Shown: piece after piece, positions 1 through 12,185 of the stretch | Layout of the letters: every line of letters begins with the position of its first letter | Numbering within the stretch: the first letter of the stretch is position 1 | Origin: Craspedostauros australis | Taxonomy: Eukaryota | Assembly (NCBI GenBank): GCA_030167865.1 | Contig: JALAGF010006100.1 | Span: 1 to 59,514 of the forward strand | Length of the DNA stretch: 59,514 nt | Direction: 5' to 3' | Position numbers and translations under genes: made by a program | The notes under the pieces: generated by a model | Database searches by the model: none | The model's input: the letters and a program-made list of their open reading frames with translations, nothing else | What the model was told of the DNA's origin: nothing

Positions 1-567
1 CTCTACTTCAAGGATGAGTTCGACCAGTCCACCGAATCTGCCGCCGCCATCGCCTCCATCTTCGGGTGGATGAACCTGTTCGCTCGCGGAGTCGGAGGCT
101 TCCTCAGTGACAAGGCCAACGCCAGCATCGGAATGCGCGGACGCATCTGGGTCCAGACCATCCTCCTGTTCTGCGAGGGAGCTCTTGTGCTGGTCTTCGC
201 CAACACTGGAACTCTCGGAGGTGCCATCGCCGTCATGGTCTTCTTCTCTCTGTTCGTCCAGGCCGCCGAGGGATCCACATACGGTATCGTCCCATACGTC
301 GACCCACCGGCCACAGGATCCATCTCTGGAATCGTCGGAGCCGGAGGCAACTCTGGAGCCGTTGGATTCGGACTCGGATTCCGTCAGCTGGGATACAAGA
401 GCGCCTTCGTCATCATGGGCTGCACCATTCTGGGATCCGCCTTCTTCTCCGTCCTCATCAACATCAAGGGCCACGCCGGTCTTTTGTGTGGAGAGGATGC
501 TCCAGTCCAGACCAAGAGCACCTTGGCCGTCCCAGAGCCAAACGGCGAGAAGGATGATGAGGCCTAA
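1..567 (+). CDS. NRT2: High-affinity nitrate transporter (NRT2/NNP family, MFS), 3' part only; gene begins left of the window
   Basis: Frame is open from base 1 (LYFKDEFDQSTESAAAIASIFGWMNLFARG...). Contains the NNP-type motif GSISGIVGAGGN and is near-colinear with the full paralog at 27984-30087. Stop TAA at 565-567. Confidence 0.93.
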   Translation, partial: LYFKDEFDQSTESAAAIASIFGWMNLFARGVGGFLSDKANASIGMRGRIWVQTILLFCEGALVLVFANTGTLGGAIAVMVFFSLFVQAAEGSTYGIVPYVDPPATGSISGIVGAGGNSGAVGFGLGFRQLGYKSAFVIMGCTILGSAFFSVLINIKGHAGLLCGEDAPVQTKSTLAVPEPNGEKDDEA

Positions 568-1815
568 GCGACAAGGCAGGTGGTTTGTGGCATGTGGGGC
601 GTGTGACGGGCAGGACGCATCTGCGTCTGTGCCTACGTCTACATCTGAATGTACACCAACACAATCACCCAGTTCCCAAACCAGGGCAAGACATCGACAT
701 GACAGATGAAGTTGAGTCGAGTTGAGCCGAGTTGAGACGTCTGATTTACACCGCTGGTCATCATTTGGATGATCCTATCTGAGCCTCCACACGCTGTGTC
801 AACGACGCAGTGCGGCATGAGGCCAGATTACAGCGCTGATGATGATGATGATGATGTCTCCTTGACGCCTTGGTGTGGTGACACAATTTATACATGTACA
901 AAGTGAAACAGTAATATTAATAGCAACAGTAGTTCACATCTGCTCTCGCCTTCACCAGTGCATCGTTTCTTTTCCGTTGCATTATTGACAAGTATCATTG
1001 AGTGTGCCATGTGATCATCTTGCACCGAGGGACCGTTCCACATACATAAATCGTTTCCAAGACGTTGTCGCGATACTGTTGCTTCTCTCATGCCCAGGCG
1101 CCGTCTTCCTCTGCTCCTTTCACCCTAAGTTGGTCGACGGTAAAGAGATCACATATTTCTGAAGGCACCAAGCCAGCGTTTCGGAGCAGGTCCTCCTGAG
1201 TGCCGAGGTTAGCAAGTCACCGAAACAGGAAACCGTTTTGGTTTGACCTCTCGTTTCGATATTTTCATCGTTACGCCCAAGGAATGTAGTGCTCTGCTGA
1301 TCATGACAATGGAGCAGATGAAAATGACGAATGGTCTCCTCAAAACATTCATCTTGATTTTGGAGTACGATGGATGGCATCAGCTTGTCATCTCTCCGAA
1401 CTCGTGGACTCTAGCGTGGAAATCATCGCGTGATGTCACCTGAATTCAACCGTCGTAAGCGCGTGTACTTGGCGTTTTGCCGAGAAGAGAAGATCGCCAA
1501 ACAGTTCGCTTGGTCTTGATGCCTCCCTCGGCTAGGTTGGCTGTGAGAATCGTACTCTTCGGGGCTTCTAGATGAGCCTGGTTCAAGGCATCTTGTGGGG
1601 TCTCCAGCTCGGTCGTAGAAACGGTTGCTGGATTGCTTCATTGATTGCGTTGTTGCGTACAGACACAAGAAGACCTCACACGTGCAATGGTAATCACGAT
1701 GGCAAGTAGTGCACCGATCATCTCGTGTGGACCAGCTGTGAGGCGTGGGCTGCTGAATGGCAGTGCCTGGATCAGCAACGTTGGCTGTTCCTTCTTTGAT
1801 TCCAAATGTCCTTCA

Positions 1816-3121
1816 TCAACCACGCCTCCTCAATATTTGAAGTCTCGGTTTTGCCCGATAGTGTGCAGCAGTTCCAAGCAAGATCGATTGAGCCCGTGTT
1901 TTGTCCTCGTAGTGCGCGTCCTCCACAAACGATGCATAATGTTTCTGATTCATGAGCCTGTAGCCTCTTTTCTTCCAATTGTTCCCGATAGCTGATCGAA
2001 GGATGTAATATTTGCTGGTTGACGGATCACCCACAACACGTAACGTTCAATTGCTCATGCCAGCGTGAAGACCAGCCTTCGGATAAGCGAAGTTAGGATC
2101 TTGCATGAACCGAATGCCCGCACCCTTGAGCGCGCCTAGGCCAGTGGTGAACGGCACGTATTGAGTCAGTACATTTTCGGCGTTGAGAAGCCTGACGAAA
2201 GCTTCATGGACGGCCAAAAACATGAGTGGATGCTTCAGTGAGGCCGCGATACAGTACTGCGACATAAAGCCTCCCCTCTCAATCACGACATATGCGTCGT
2301 TCTCGGGTTGGATGGCTGCCTCTCCTAGGTACTTTTCAGCTGGAGCTGTGTCCATGTCAGAGTAGATCCCACCGTATTCAGACAGAACGAGGTATCGCTA
2401 CAGGTCGATCTTGGCGGCATCGCTGACGAGGCATTCCTGGATGAGCTGGAGCTGCGGAAATTCCGGCCAGAACTTGGCGAGCAGCCGATCTACCGCGGCA
2501 TCACCATGAAACGCAAAGGAATGGCCTTCGAGGTGCCATGTCTTCATTATGGCTTGGAACCCCATCGTCGTGCACGGCAGTTTGGCGCTGATATGGACGA
2601 TCCTGGGTATCTTGCGTGGGAGCAGCACGAAAGCTTTGGGACCCCTTGGCTTAGGAACAAATGCATTATATTCCGGATGAAGGAGGTTTTATTGGGGCAC
2701 ATTCCTGGTTGGAAATTGCTCGTCGATACAAGTTCTTGGAGCGGAATGTGTCCCGTTTCTCGGTCCGTGAATTTCCTTCTCTCCGCCGATATTGGCATCG
2801 TTGGTGCTACCGTCTCTGCAGGTGCTGCTGTCTTGGCCAACGATGAATTGAATGCTGCATCATTGTCGGTAGCCTTGGCAACCACAAGACTCCGATTCGT
2901 GGCTTCGGAAGCATTGGTGGCAGATGTGGAAGGTCCATCTCGATGTCTTTTTTGCGGAAGGAGGTGAGATCTGTCATGTTGCTCGCCCAGAATGCCATCA
3001 TCAGGATAGCAGTCAGCACATTCCGCATCGATATGAGCGACGGCCGTGATCTCGCGCTTGTCTTTGCCATGATCCGCTCGCCATCAGGAAGCACCTGACT
3101 TCGTCTGAGTGATTCTGCCAT
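1816..3121 (-). pseudogene. Decayed DXD-motif glycosyltransferase (Gly_transf_sug / Och1-like), type II membrane architecture
   Basis: Joining the minus-strand ORF fragments gives an N-terminal TM anchor (VLTAILMMAFW), then KIPRIVH, AKIDL*RYLVLSEYGGIYSDMD, HPLMF and TTGLGALK. In-frame TAG at 2398-2400 sits where the conserved W is expected, in-frame TGA at 2047-2049, and at least two frameshifts (about 2885 and about 2640). Confidence 0.8.
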
Positions 3122-5029
3122 CAAGGAAGCGCCTTTTGCGGGAGATTGATCCGGGCTGCTGGTGCCGGCGCCCTCAGTGCGACTGATCCTGTTTGCCGAT
3201 ACGACTGTGACGTCGCTGTGGTTACGCCTGCTGAGTGCAGAAGCACAGACAACGAGGGCGATGATGGCAACACCTGTAAGATTCGTGCTCGCGTGTTCTT
3301 GGGGCGAAGATCCTTGTCGTGCTTGTCATCGTCCTTGTTGGTTGTGAAACCGTTCATCCGTCCAACACACGCTTCTGTGATTGATCTGTGTTGGTTGTTG
3401 TCTCACGAACAGAGTTTGGATTCGGTTTCTCCGAACTTGTATCGGTTCAATTGCATCTGTCCGTCTGTCCGTTTCTAAAAGTGGCTTATTTCGTCTGTCC
3501 GTAGGCTGGTTGAACAGTCGTTGTCTCCCACTAGATTCGCGGAGGAGCTGGCGCTGACATCAAAGGGGGTGTGGAGGACAGAATGCATTCGTGTTCGTAG
3601 ATCGCAGCCTGCAGATCGCACCCATCCAACAGCACTCCCATCCATGCTCAGCCCCAGTATCGGAGCTCTCATCTGGTTTGATTGCGATTGTGGTTGCGAT
3701 TGGGGTGTGCAACTTGTACTATCTTCGACTACTCGCATGGTACGAGCTTGATGGGTGATGAAATCACACATGAACAGAGCAGCGTTTGCGCCCGTTCTTC
3801 TCTTGTGACCATTTTGCCGTATCCAACTGGTGTTCATGCACGAACAGAAGAAGACCGGTTGCGACTGATTGTTCGCAACAATTGACAAGGGACAGAAAGG
3901 CGGACACAAAAAACGTTATTGGTCGTGGCGATTAGTTTCTCATTGGACAGCGCATGTTCTGGTGGACACTGAGTGTACATAACGAAGGCGCCTCACGCAT
4001 CGCTTCGACTCCGATGATAGGATCCTTCCAAAATACGGAATTGTTTGCCCATTTCTACAAGTCTTTGATCAAATCAATGCTTAATTAGTCTGTTGTGTAG
4101 ATCCAAATCGTATACTTAGTTTTATCAAGAGCTAGCAGATCTGCGAGGAAGGATGGTGTGTTCGGTAAAGGCTGCGGGGAAGGGATCTGGATGACCTGCG
4201 AGGTGGAGTACAGCTTGAGTACTAAGCACCGTGGTCGTGGTTCAGAGACAAAAGGCTCCGACAAAAACGAATGTAACTTTCGCCGCAACAATTCCTTCAA
4301 TCTCGCATAGCACTAAATACGGAACGTGACATGGGTCATCGACCGAGTTCCATGAGAAATAAACTCGCGAAAGCGGCGTATGTGAAGCTATTTAGGCTAT
4401 TGCGCCTCGCTTGATAGTCACAACTCTCTCAAGTGTAAGAAGACGAAGAGGAGGAAACAGACGCCACACAAAGGGATCGCGCCGGTTCCACGAATTGATT
4501 TTGCTTTGGGGAATTGGCCACAGAAGGGCGCAGCACGACCTGCGCAGCTCGCCAGAAACCATGGGATAATTGTCATGTCACCTTGTTTGGTGCGAGTACG
4601 AGTTGTTACGCGGGATTAACGTTGCGAGAAGCGCGGGTGATGCAACTACAGCACCAGAACCGTCGACGTTGCGCGCCAAGGACAGAACGGCGGAGACCGC
4701 AACACTGCGGGTGGCACCATCTCCGGCGCCAAACAGAATCTGCAACAAGTCCAAGAGACTGCCCAAAAAGCATCTCTTTGGACACCATCCCATCGACCAG
4801 GGATCCACCATCCCTCCGGCCTCCCCTCCAAAAGCCTCTGTCAAACGCATCCTCTCTGCATCCACTCTCCTGTGGCAACGACGAACAGCCAGTCTCCACC
4901 CACCAAACAAAGAAGAGCAAAGTTAAAGAAGGCAAGGTGGCGCCAACTCGACCCAAACTAAACCCAAACTGAGACAAAGCAAGACGGTGCCAAGCAACAG
5001 CAACCAGCTTCCTCACCATTGTTCCCGAC

Positions 5030-8000
5030 ATGGCGCCCAACCATTCCTCCCAACGCCGCCACCAGCATCCCACCATGGAGTACCTGACGGCCGTGCCAGA
5101 GGAATCGAACATTCCCGAGCTGTTGCCAAGCGATAGTGGCGACTCCTCAGACCTCCCAAACAGCGGAACGGACAAGACACGCCAGAACATGGCTCCTCGT
5201 GTCTCGCGTCTTGCCGAGCCATCGCCTCAACCATTGTCACCCTCAGCGGCACCGTCTGCGCAAGTTGCTGGATCAGAAGCGATGCAGCATGGGACGCAGA
5301 CACAGAAGAAGCACAGGGTTCGAGCAGCGCTGCGGTCCTTGACAACCTTCGTGTCCAAGAAGAGGCGGAGAAACGAAGGCAAAGCACGATCCAGCAAGAA
5401 GGACAACCAGAAGGCAGATGAACTCAAACAGAAACATGCAGGCGCCGACGCAGGTGCAACTGCGACCGTCCTTGATGATCGCATCACAGCTGCGCACGAC
5501 CCACCTCCGGAGAGCGCTACCAACCGCGTCTCTCTTGATGCCACGAGCAAGGGCAGCGATTCCCATCACGTCCTCGATTCTGCATCGCGGTCCGCTTTCG
5601 ACGCAAGCAGAACGATTCCCGGCGGCTCCTTTCCCGAGAGTTCCCAATCCAGGGATGAGTCGTCCTCGTACGATTCATTCGCGGAAGAAGTGACAACCAG
5701 CAGTTTGCGCGCCATCGAGAGACCTCCTGCGGCACCGGTTCCTCCGACTCCAGAAACATCATCGCCAGAAACAACGAAGAACCAGATCGCCTCATTGTCT
5801 GCGAGCAGCTCCCAAACCGAATCTCAGGCCCAACCTCAATCTGCGACCGTGCACCAACAGCAACAACGCACCGCAAGCGAAGCTGCGCCACAACCAGCAC
5901 TGACTGCAGCGCAGAAGAAGGCAAAGAAACGCCGGGAAGCAGCACAGTACTGGAAGGAGTACAGAGAGAAGATCAAGAGCAACAAAAACAAAGATAGGCA
6001 AGGAACACCCGGTCCGGGCATGGTGGCCGAAAGCACGCCACAACTGGTTGAGAGACTGCAGGGAACACTCAAGTTCCGCAGAGGACGAACGAGCTGCGCT
6101 CCGACAGGAATGGCGCAGTCAGCAACATCGGCATCGTCTCCCGCACAACCACACAAGGAGGAATCGCCGTCGTCATCGAACAAGAACCACCGCCTTTGGG
6201 GCCCTACATTTGCCGTGCTGGACCTGGACAACGGTGGCACATTTGCCACCTACGAGGCCAAGTATTCACCCGAGAACATTGCGCTGCAGGCTAAAGCCCA
6301 GGAAGGGATGCGACCAAGGCCAGGTCATTCGAAGTCCAAAGCAATGGCGCACCCGTTGCCTGTCCTGTATTCCAAAACACGCATCCTGTATTCTCCGAGA
6401 GGTGATAAGAAGAACCTGCACAACACCCAGTTGACTCCGACCTTGCGATTGCCACCAACATTGGATTGGGTAGTCAAGGACCTGGAGTACGACCCAGCGG
6501 GCTTCGTCATCGAGATCTGCGGTCCGTCATTCCATTACAACGGGGATGAAAACGAGCGATCAACGCGATCGCTTCGATCATTCTCACGAAGCAACACGAA
6601 CAACAACGACGATCAGTCCGGCTCGTCCGAGGCCTCCGATTCCTACTATTACCAGGGCGTGCTCCCTGCCTCTCTGCGCATCGACTTGCATTACGCCAAC
6701 CACATCCACAACAAGCCCTTACGTATCTACTTCCGCTGTTCACACGGATCCAACGAGAAGGCGCTGTGGATGCGTGCGTTCACGAGGATCCACCGGCTCT
6801 CGCACAGATGCAGGGTCAACCCATCCAAGAGCCTCTTCACGAATGTGTGGACCAAGATCAGGAATGCCAAGATCTCACATGTGCGCACCCGAAGCGCACG
6901 CGCGCATGCATTCGCATTCCAGCGCAGTGCGATTGAAAATGGAGCGGCCGGTGCTGGATCGAGCCACGTTCTATCCGCCAACTCAGCAGCCAACGTGACC
7001 GCGAGCATAGGCAGCGCCGCAGAGGGCAGCGCCATGCCCGCACCGCTGGTGCCATTCAACCCCAAGGGCCGCAACGTTCTCGAAAAGGAGTACGTCGTCT
7101 ACCCAACCTACGCGTACCCCAACCGATGGATGACGCACATGGAGATGCACCAGGACATGCTGCAACCATCCACGATGTTCCATGATTTGCGACCCAAGAA
7201 CAGGGAGGAAATCGGCTCCCTGCACGTCGAAGTCCTGCAGTGCCGTGGTTTGCCGCAGCTAGATCGCATGTCGGAGACCGACGCCGTCATCTACATGGTG
7301 TGCGGCTCCCACGCATTCTCAACCGACGTCATCTACAACCGCTTGAATCCAATCTGGTTGCCAAAGACGAAACGAGCCTGCATCTTCCCCCTGTACCACG
7401 GTTATGCGGAACTGTTCGTGGGAGTATTCGATGACGACGGACGCAACGAAAAGGATGACTTCGCAGGCCGCGTCGCCATACCCCTGTCCAAATGCCGACC
7501 AAGATCAACGTACGACGTCACCTTGCCGCTGCGCCTCTCAACGCACGTGTACACCAAGCGTTCTCGCGGCGTCATCCGTCTGCGATTCACCGTGCATTGG
7601 AAGTCCGACAAGCAGATGATCCTTTCATACCTCCCGCAGAACATCAGGCAAATCCAGCTGTTCGGTGGTAAGAACAAGCACAGCGGCACTGTGACTTTCC
7701 AAAACACACAAGGCGCAAGTCGTGGCGACAGCGGCCGTGATTACAGTCGGCGCGGCAGTGGACGCGGCCAGCGAAGCCGCGATACGGCTGTGGACAACCC
7801 AGCGCAGACCACTGTGATATGCGCGGACGAAAAGGCGTTCCGAAACATTGCATTCACTGTCCATGGCATCCACATGCCGCGCCACTTCTCGTTCCAGCAA
7901 TGGAAGTCGACGATGAGGGAAATCAACTTCACCCGGCGGCGCGCGCAGCAAATTCTCTTCCATTTCATCCTCTACGATATCGTCCTCTGGCATTCGCCCA

Positions 8001-10177
8001 TCGTTGCCTTCTGGGTCTTCGCCACGTATATGCACAGCATCTACATCAACTCCGTGAGCATACTTCCTGCGCACGCCGTGTCCTTCATGTGGATCATCAT
8101 GATCCGCAACTACGTCCTGTTCGGGATGAAGCAGAATTCCAACGGATTTCTACCACCTTCGCTGGAAGAGATTCTCCGGGCACTGTTCACGACCACAGGT
8201 GGCAAGCAAGCAGCAACAACGAACCAGACGAACGAGCATCATGTGATTGAGCCACTGGAGCTCACTCCTTCGACCGGTCGTAGACAATCGCACCATCAGA
8301 AGCGGGTCCCATTGCAAATGCTGGATGACGACAATGAGGGCGACCTCGATGGCGGTGGTGGTGGTGCCGACGGAACCAACGACATCCACAGCAGCACTAC
8401 CTACAGAAGCCTCCAGGCCTGGTCAACTGGCATGCGACAAGCCCTGCGGTATCTGGGCATTGATTATTTCAACTTTGCGAGCTTGCAGCCAAGCGCCGCG
8501 ACGGATCAAGCAGCCGACATGGAGTTTCCATTTTCCCGTGGCCTCAACTACCCTAGGTTTGCCGTGAACGAAGCACTTGCATCCAAGACGGCTCCGGCGT
8601 CACCGGTGCGCAAAAGCAACAAAATGCTTAGCAAGAAGAACAAGGTCAAGGCGCTGCTGAAGAAGAAAGCTGAGGGCAAGGACACTTTCGCTTCCTCCCC
8701 GTCATTCGATTCCGTCATGGAGTTGGACGCTGACGACAACGTTGACAACGAGATGTACCAGCTTGGCATGCAAGGCCAAGATAATCCCCGCGACGTGGCG
8801 TCGCCGCATAGGCAGTCAACATTGCAAAAGACGGTGAACAGGGTCACTGGCAGGGACATTCGTCAAGGCACGACGGAGGATGTCCTGGATCGAACCTTTT
8901 GCACCTCCACCCTCCTCGCAGCACAAGCACGGTTCACGATGGGATTGTCAAGCGCCACCGCCCACTCCGACAGCACGGCAGCCAACCAAGATCAACAGCC
9001 GCTGTCTCGGGAAGAGAACAAGAGCAACGACGACAGAGCCAGTGACAACGCCGCCGCGACAAACAACAGCAACAGCAACGACGACGACAGCAACGGGAAT
9101 GCACTCAACGCTGGTGCCGACACTGAAAGAGGAATCCTTCGCCCCTCTTCCTCGCCCATGACGTTTCCCGCAAGGTCCAGCAGCACGCTGTCCCTTCCAG
9201 GTGGTGATTACCTGCTCCAAGGCCCAGTGCCTGAGCAGAATATTGACGTCAATGTCACGAAGACGACCAAGCTCGTCGATGATCTGTCCGACCTTCGCGA
9301 CAACATGCACAAGTTGACCTTCAACTTTTTCAATGATCGAACTCACATTATCCGACATCGAGACGCACGATACTTTGGCCAACGCCCTTCAGGGTCGTCG
9401 GGACTACCAACCGAGAAGACGTGGAGACGAACAGATGTGTCCTACAGTCTAGATCGTCTCCTCAACGTTGGACAATACTCCAGCTCCAATCCGGTTGTGT
9501 CCCGCGTTGGTCATATCGTGGAACCCATGATTGCGGCAGCGCAAAGTGGGATAGGTCTCAGTCGAGCAGTATACAACGTACTGACGTGGAGAGATCCGAT
9601 CATGTCGTTCTGGGCAACTTGTGTTTTGACAGTCGTCGCAATGGTTCTGTTCATCTTCCCTTGGCGGCTCTTTCTGTTCGTGCTGGGTGCCGTGGTCCTC
9701 GGTCCGCAGAATTGGCTGCTGCGCATCCTGAACGATCAAGGCCGAATGCCGGTGATGATCATCAAGCTCGTCGAGATGTACCGCGAAAGGAAGGGCCGTA
9801 TGATGACGCAGAAGTCTTCTCGCCGCAAGGTCGGCTTCGCGGATTCTGTGAACGACAAGCCAATCATCCAAGGTCACACGGTGAACGGAGAACGGCAGCC
9901 AACGTTGAGACACGAGGATGTCGACAAGCGGGCTCTGCATGAAGTGTGCATCCCGTACTCGCCACTGATACATCAGCGATTCTACGACTGGCCGCCCGAG
10001 GCAGCATATGCCAAAGTGACCCCCGTCGATCGGGAGGACGGAGTTCGCGGCCATGGTTGCAAGACGGATGCAGTAAGGTCGAGAAGAAGTGCCCCCAGAT
10101 CTGTTCACGTCCGCAAACGCCGACGGCAACGACATGGTGAAATGGACATCAGCCGCACATCCGCCGCTTCCCCTTGA
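5030..10177 (+). CDS. Large intronless C2-domain transmembrane protein (MCTP/PRT_C-like), possible N-terminal PH-like region
   Basis: 1715-aa ORF. C2 domain LHVEVLQCRGLPQLDRMSETD...NPIW...VGVFDDDGRNEKDDFAGRVAIPL with acidic Ca-binding loops. Hydrophobic hairpins, including LTWRDPIMSFW...FPWRLFLFVLGAVVLGP as in MCTP C-termini. Start could be 5030 or 5075. Confidence 0.75.
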   Translation: MAPNHSSQRRHQHPTMEYLTAVPEESNIPELLPSDSGDSSDLPNSGTDKTRQNMAPRVSRLAEPSPQPLSPSAAPSAQVAGSEAMQHGTQTQKKHRVRAALRSLTTFVSKKRRRNEGKARSSKKDNQKADELKQKHAGADAGATATVLDDRITAAHDPPPESATNRVSLDATSKGSDSHHVLDSASRSAFDASRTIPGGSFPESSQSRDESSSYDSFAEEVTTSSLRAIERPPAAPVPPTPETSSPETTKNQIASLSASSSQTESQAQPQSATVHQQQQRTASEAAPQPALTAAQKKAKKRREAAQYWKEYREKIKSNKNKDRQGTPGPGMVAESTPQLVERLQGTLKFRRGRTSCAPTGMAQSATSASSPAQPHKEESPSSSNKNHRLWGPTFAVLDLDNGGTFATYEAKYSPENIALQAKAQEGMRPRPGHSKSKAMAHPLPVLYSKTRILYSPRGDKKNLHNTQLTPTLRLPPTLDWVVKDLEYDPAGFVIEICGPSFHYNGDENERSTRSLRSFSRSNTNNNDDQSGSSEASDSYYYQGVLPASLRIDLHYANHIHNKPLRIYFRCSHGSNEKALWMRAFTRIHRLSHRCRVNPSKSLFTNVWTKIRNAKISHVRTRSARAHAFAFQRSAIENGAAGAGSSHVLSANSAANVTASIGSAAEGSAMPAPLVPFNPKGRNVLEKEYVVYPTYAYPNRWMTHMEMHQDMLQPSTMFHDLRPKNREEIGSLHVEVLQCRGLPQLDRMSETDAVIYMVCGSHAFSTDVIYNRLNPIWLPKTKRACIFPLYHGYAELFVGVFDDDGRNEKDDFAGRVAIPLSKCRPRSTYDVTLPLRLSTHVYTKRSRGVIRLRFTVHWKSDKQMILSYLPQNIRQIQLFGGKNKHSGTVTFQNTQGASRGDSGRDYSRRGSGRGQRSRDTAVDNPAQTTVICADEKAFRNIAFTVHGIHMPRHFSFQQWKSTMREINFTRRRAQQILFHFILYDIVLWHSPIVAFWVFATYMHSIYINSVSILPAHAVSFMWIIMIRNYVLFGMKQNSNGFLPPSLEEILRALFTTTGGKQAATTNQTNEHHVIEPLELTPSTGRRQSHHQKRVPLQMLDDDNEGDLDGGGGGADGTNDIHSSTTYRSLQAWSTGMRQALRYLGIDYFNFASLQPSAATDQAADMEFPFSRGLNYPRFAVNEALASKTAPASPVRKSNKMLSKKNKVKALLKKKAEGKDTFASSPSFDSVMELDADDNVDNEMYQLGMQGQDNPRDVASPHRQSTLQKTVNRVTGRDIRQGTTEDVLDRTFCTSTLLAAQARFTMGLSSATAHSDSTAANQDQQPLSREENKSNDDRASDNAAATNNSNSNDDDSNGNALNAGADTERGILRPSSSPMTFPARSSSTLSLPGGDYLLQGPVPEQNIDVNVTKTTKLVDDLSDLRDNMHKLTFNFFNDRTHIIRHRDARYFGQRPSGSSGLPTEKTWRRTDVSYSLDRLLNVGQYSSSNPVVSRVGHIVEPMIAAAQSGIGLSRAVYNVLTWRDPIMSFWATCVLTVVAMVLFIFPWRLFLFVLGAVVLGPQNWLLRILNDQGRMPVMIIKLVEMYRERKGRMMTQKSSRRKVGFADSVNDKPIIQGHTVNGERQPTLRHEDVDKRALHEVCIPYSPLIHQRFYDWPPEAAYAKVTPVDREDGVRGHGCKTDAVRSRRSAPRSVHVRKRRRQRHGEMDISRTSAASP

Positions 10178-11113
10178 GCAGAGCGATGCGATGCGATGCA
10201 AACCAAGTCCGCAGAGAAGCGACATGCACGAACACACATCCTGTACCACACTGCTTTTAATATGCACCATATGGTGCTATGCATTCAATATTTTCAATAC
10301 TCAAGTACATTTACATACGTCCACTCAACGAGCATGCATGATAACTCCACCAACGACGTCTTGCTGCGAGGAGCAGTGCACTGTTCCGTCATGATCGACA
10401 CAGGCGACACATACTCTGAGTGCTTGGGTGGAGTCCGGATTTGCGAGTAGAGCTTCATCTTGTGCGAAGGGCACCATGCTTGTGCTTGTATGCGGCTGCC
10501 AGGAGTACACGTACTACATGAGAGCTGGAAGAGCGATGGAATCGTGATCAGGTGGAGGCAAAGATGCAAACAGATAGGGTCAATACTATCCTCCATCCTT
10601 CCAGCGATAGTGTTTTTACCGAATTGTATGATAGTCAGCAGCGTATGGGCAGTCTTGTCAACCCTTCTACTCTACTCTATTGCTGTGCATGATGTATGTA
10701 TAATACATAATACTTGTCTGGAATACTTGGTACGAATTTAGAGAGTATGTCGTGTCGCAAAGTATCGTATGACGTGTCTGTATCTTGTGATCCATTGCGT
10801 GGTATAGAACTCTTGAGCAGTGGTATGTTCGCATATCGTCAACCGATCAAGTTCCATCGGCGCCTTGCCATGGAGTTGTTGTCCACGTATCGTCATGTAA
10901 ACGCACATCCATGGTCTGCTCCTTCCGTTATTGTCCACCATGCGTTGCTCGAGTGTATTGTAGAGTCTTCTGATTTCTCCCTCATGTGCATTTGATCATG
11001 TTCCATCGTTTGCATTGGATGTGTCGTACTCGTACGTTTGCTTGTTGTAGGCCATCCCATACCGTGCCGTCTCACTACGAGTGTTGAGTACTCTAGTCCA
11101 GACCACCCCACAC

Positions 11114-11598
11114 TCATGCACCAGCTCTCAATGGTGGACTGACAAGAACGATGATATCACCTCGCACAAAGAGCATGCCGATTTTTCGCACCTGCTTCTT
11201 CACGATTTCTTCATCTGTCTCTTCATCAACCTCGGTGGTCGTCAGCGTCTCTTCCACCTCGCCCAGTATCATGTTCAAATGCTGATCGTAGGCCTGCGTG
11301 GTATGTTGTTTGGTGGAGTATTGCGTGATGGATTGACAAAGAAAGGAAGGAAAGAGATTGGATTGGATGAGACAGATGCGGAAACGAGCTTGGGCCAAGC
11401 CACGACCAATCGCAATGAAAGTGGAAAGGCAAACGAGACCTGAGAGCGCTTCCACTGCCACGGACTCAATGTTCATCGCCTTGACGCGTTGCGCAGCGCA
11501 CGTACATGCAGTTTCCCACGCAATTCTCGATCACCCCGACACTTGACGTATACTCTCTCATCAATGGAGAGACGGATCAAGTCAAGTGGCTCCTCCAT
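11114..11598 (-). CDS. LSM3: U6 snRNA-associated Sm-like protein LSm3 (2 exons, 90 aa)
   Basis: Exon1 11598-11506 [31 protein letters not shown]; intron GTACGT...CAG 11505-11294; exon2 11293-11114 [16 protein letters not shown]...[17 protein letters not shown]. Canonical LSm3 sequence. Confidence 0.95.
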
Positions 11599-12185
11599 CT
11601 TGTCTCTTCGCTTGTTTTATTTGCGTTGAGTTGCGTTGTCACCGTGTTTGCGTCTCTCTGGCTGGATGAGTTTGGACGTGGCCGTGGGTGGATAGCAAGA
11701 GCGAAGGTAGAGGAGATACGGAGATGGGTAGCTGCCAAGATGCCAAGATGCGATGGGTTGGGTCTGTGTGTTCGGAAAGGAGGAGGAGGTGGACCTTTTG
11801 TGGATGATTTGTGTTGGTGGCAGATCGTTGGTCGTTGCCTCGTTGGTTGGTTTTGTGAGGATACCGCTATTCTAAATCCAGTCGCTGTATTTGAAGGATT
11901 TCCGGGGATTCCAATAATTGGCTTAATTCGATCATTCCAAAATGTTGGAGATGTAATCACATCAACGATTCTTGTTGGTGATGGGCTTCTCTTTCGCATT
12001 TGGTTGATCGATCACGCAGAACCATGTACAAACGCAACAACACTCACTCCAGCGCAGAGTGGCGAACGGCTGACCCACAGAAAATCATTCATTTCCAACA
12101 GGGCCAACAAGGCAACAACATCGATCTGCCGCTGCGATCCAGCGCGTGGTTGCTACAAGTACTCTACGCACTTCCGCCGCCCACA

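Noticed and set aside
1000..1800. Protein-like fragments downstream of the glycosyltransferase pseudogene
   Set aside because: Short, stop-interrupted in all frames, and without an identifiable motif.
2047..2400. In-frame TAG/TGA as possible pyrrolysine, selenocysteine or readthrough
   Set aside because: The positions correspond to expected Trp and Arg, not Cys, and the same locus has frameshifts, so pseudogenisation is the simpler explanation.
12000..12185. ORF-track N-terminal extensions (also 31916-32380, 42101-42562, 58821-58928, 47380-47648, 15040-15150)
   Set aside because: They begin at non-ATG codons or run through UTR, microsatellite or intron sequence; better ATG or splice models exist.
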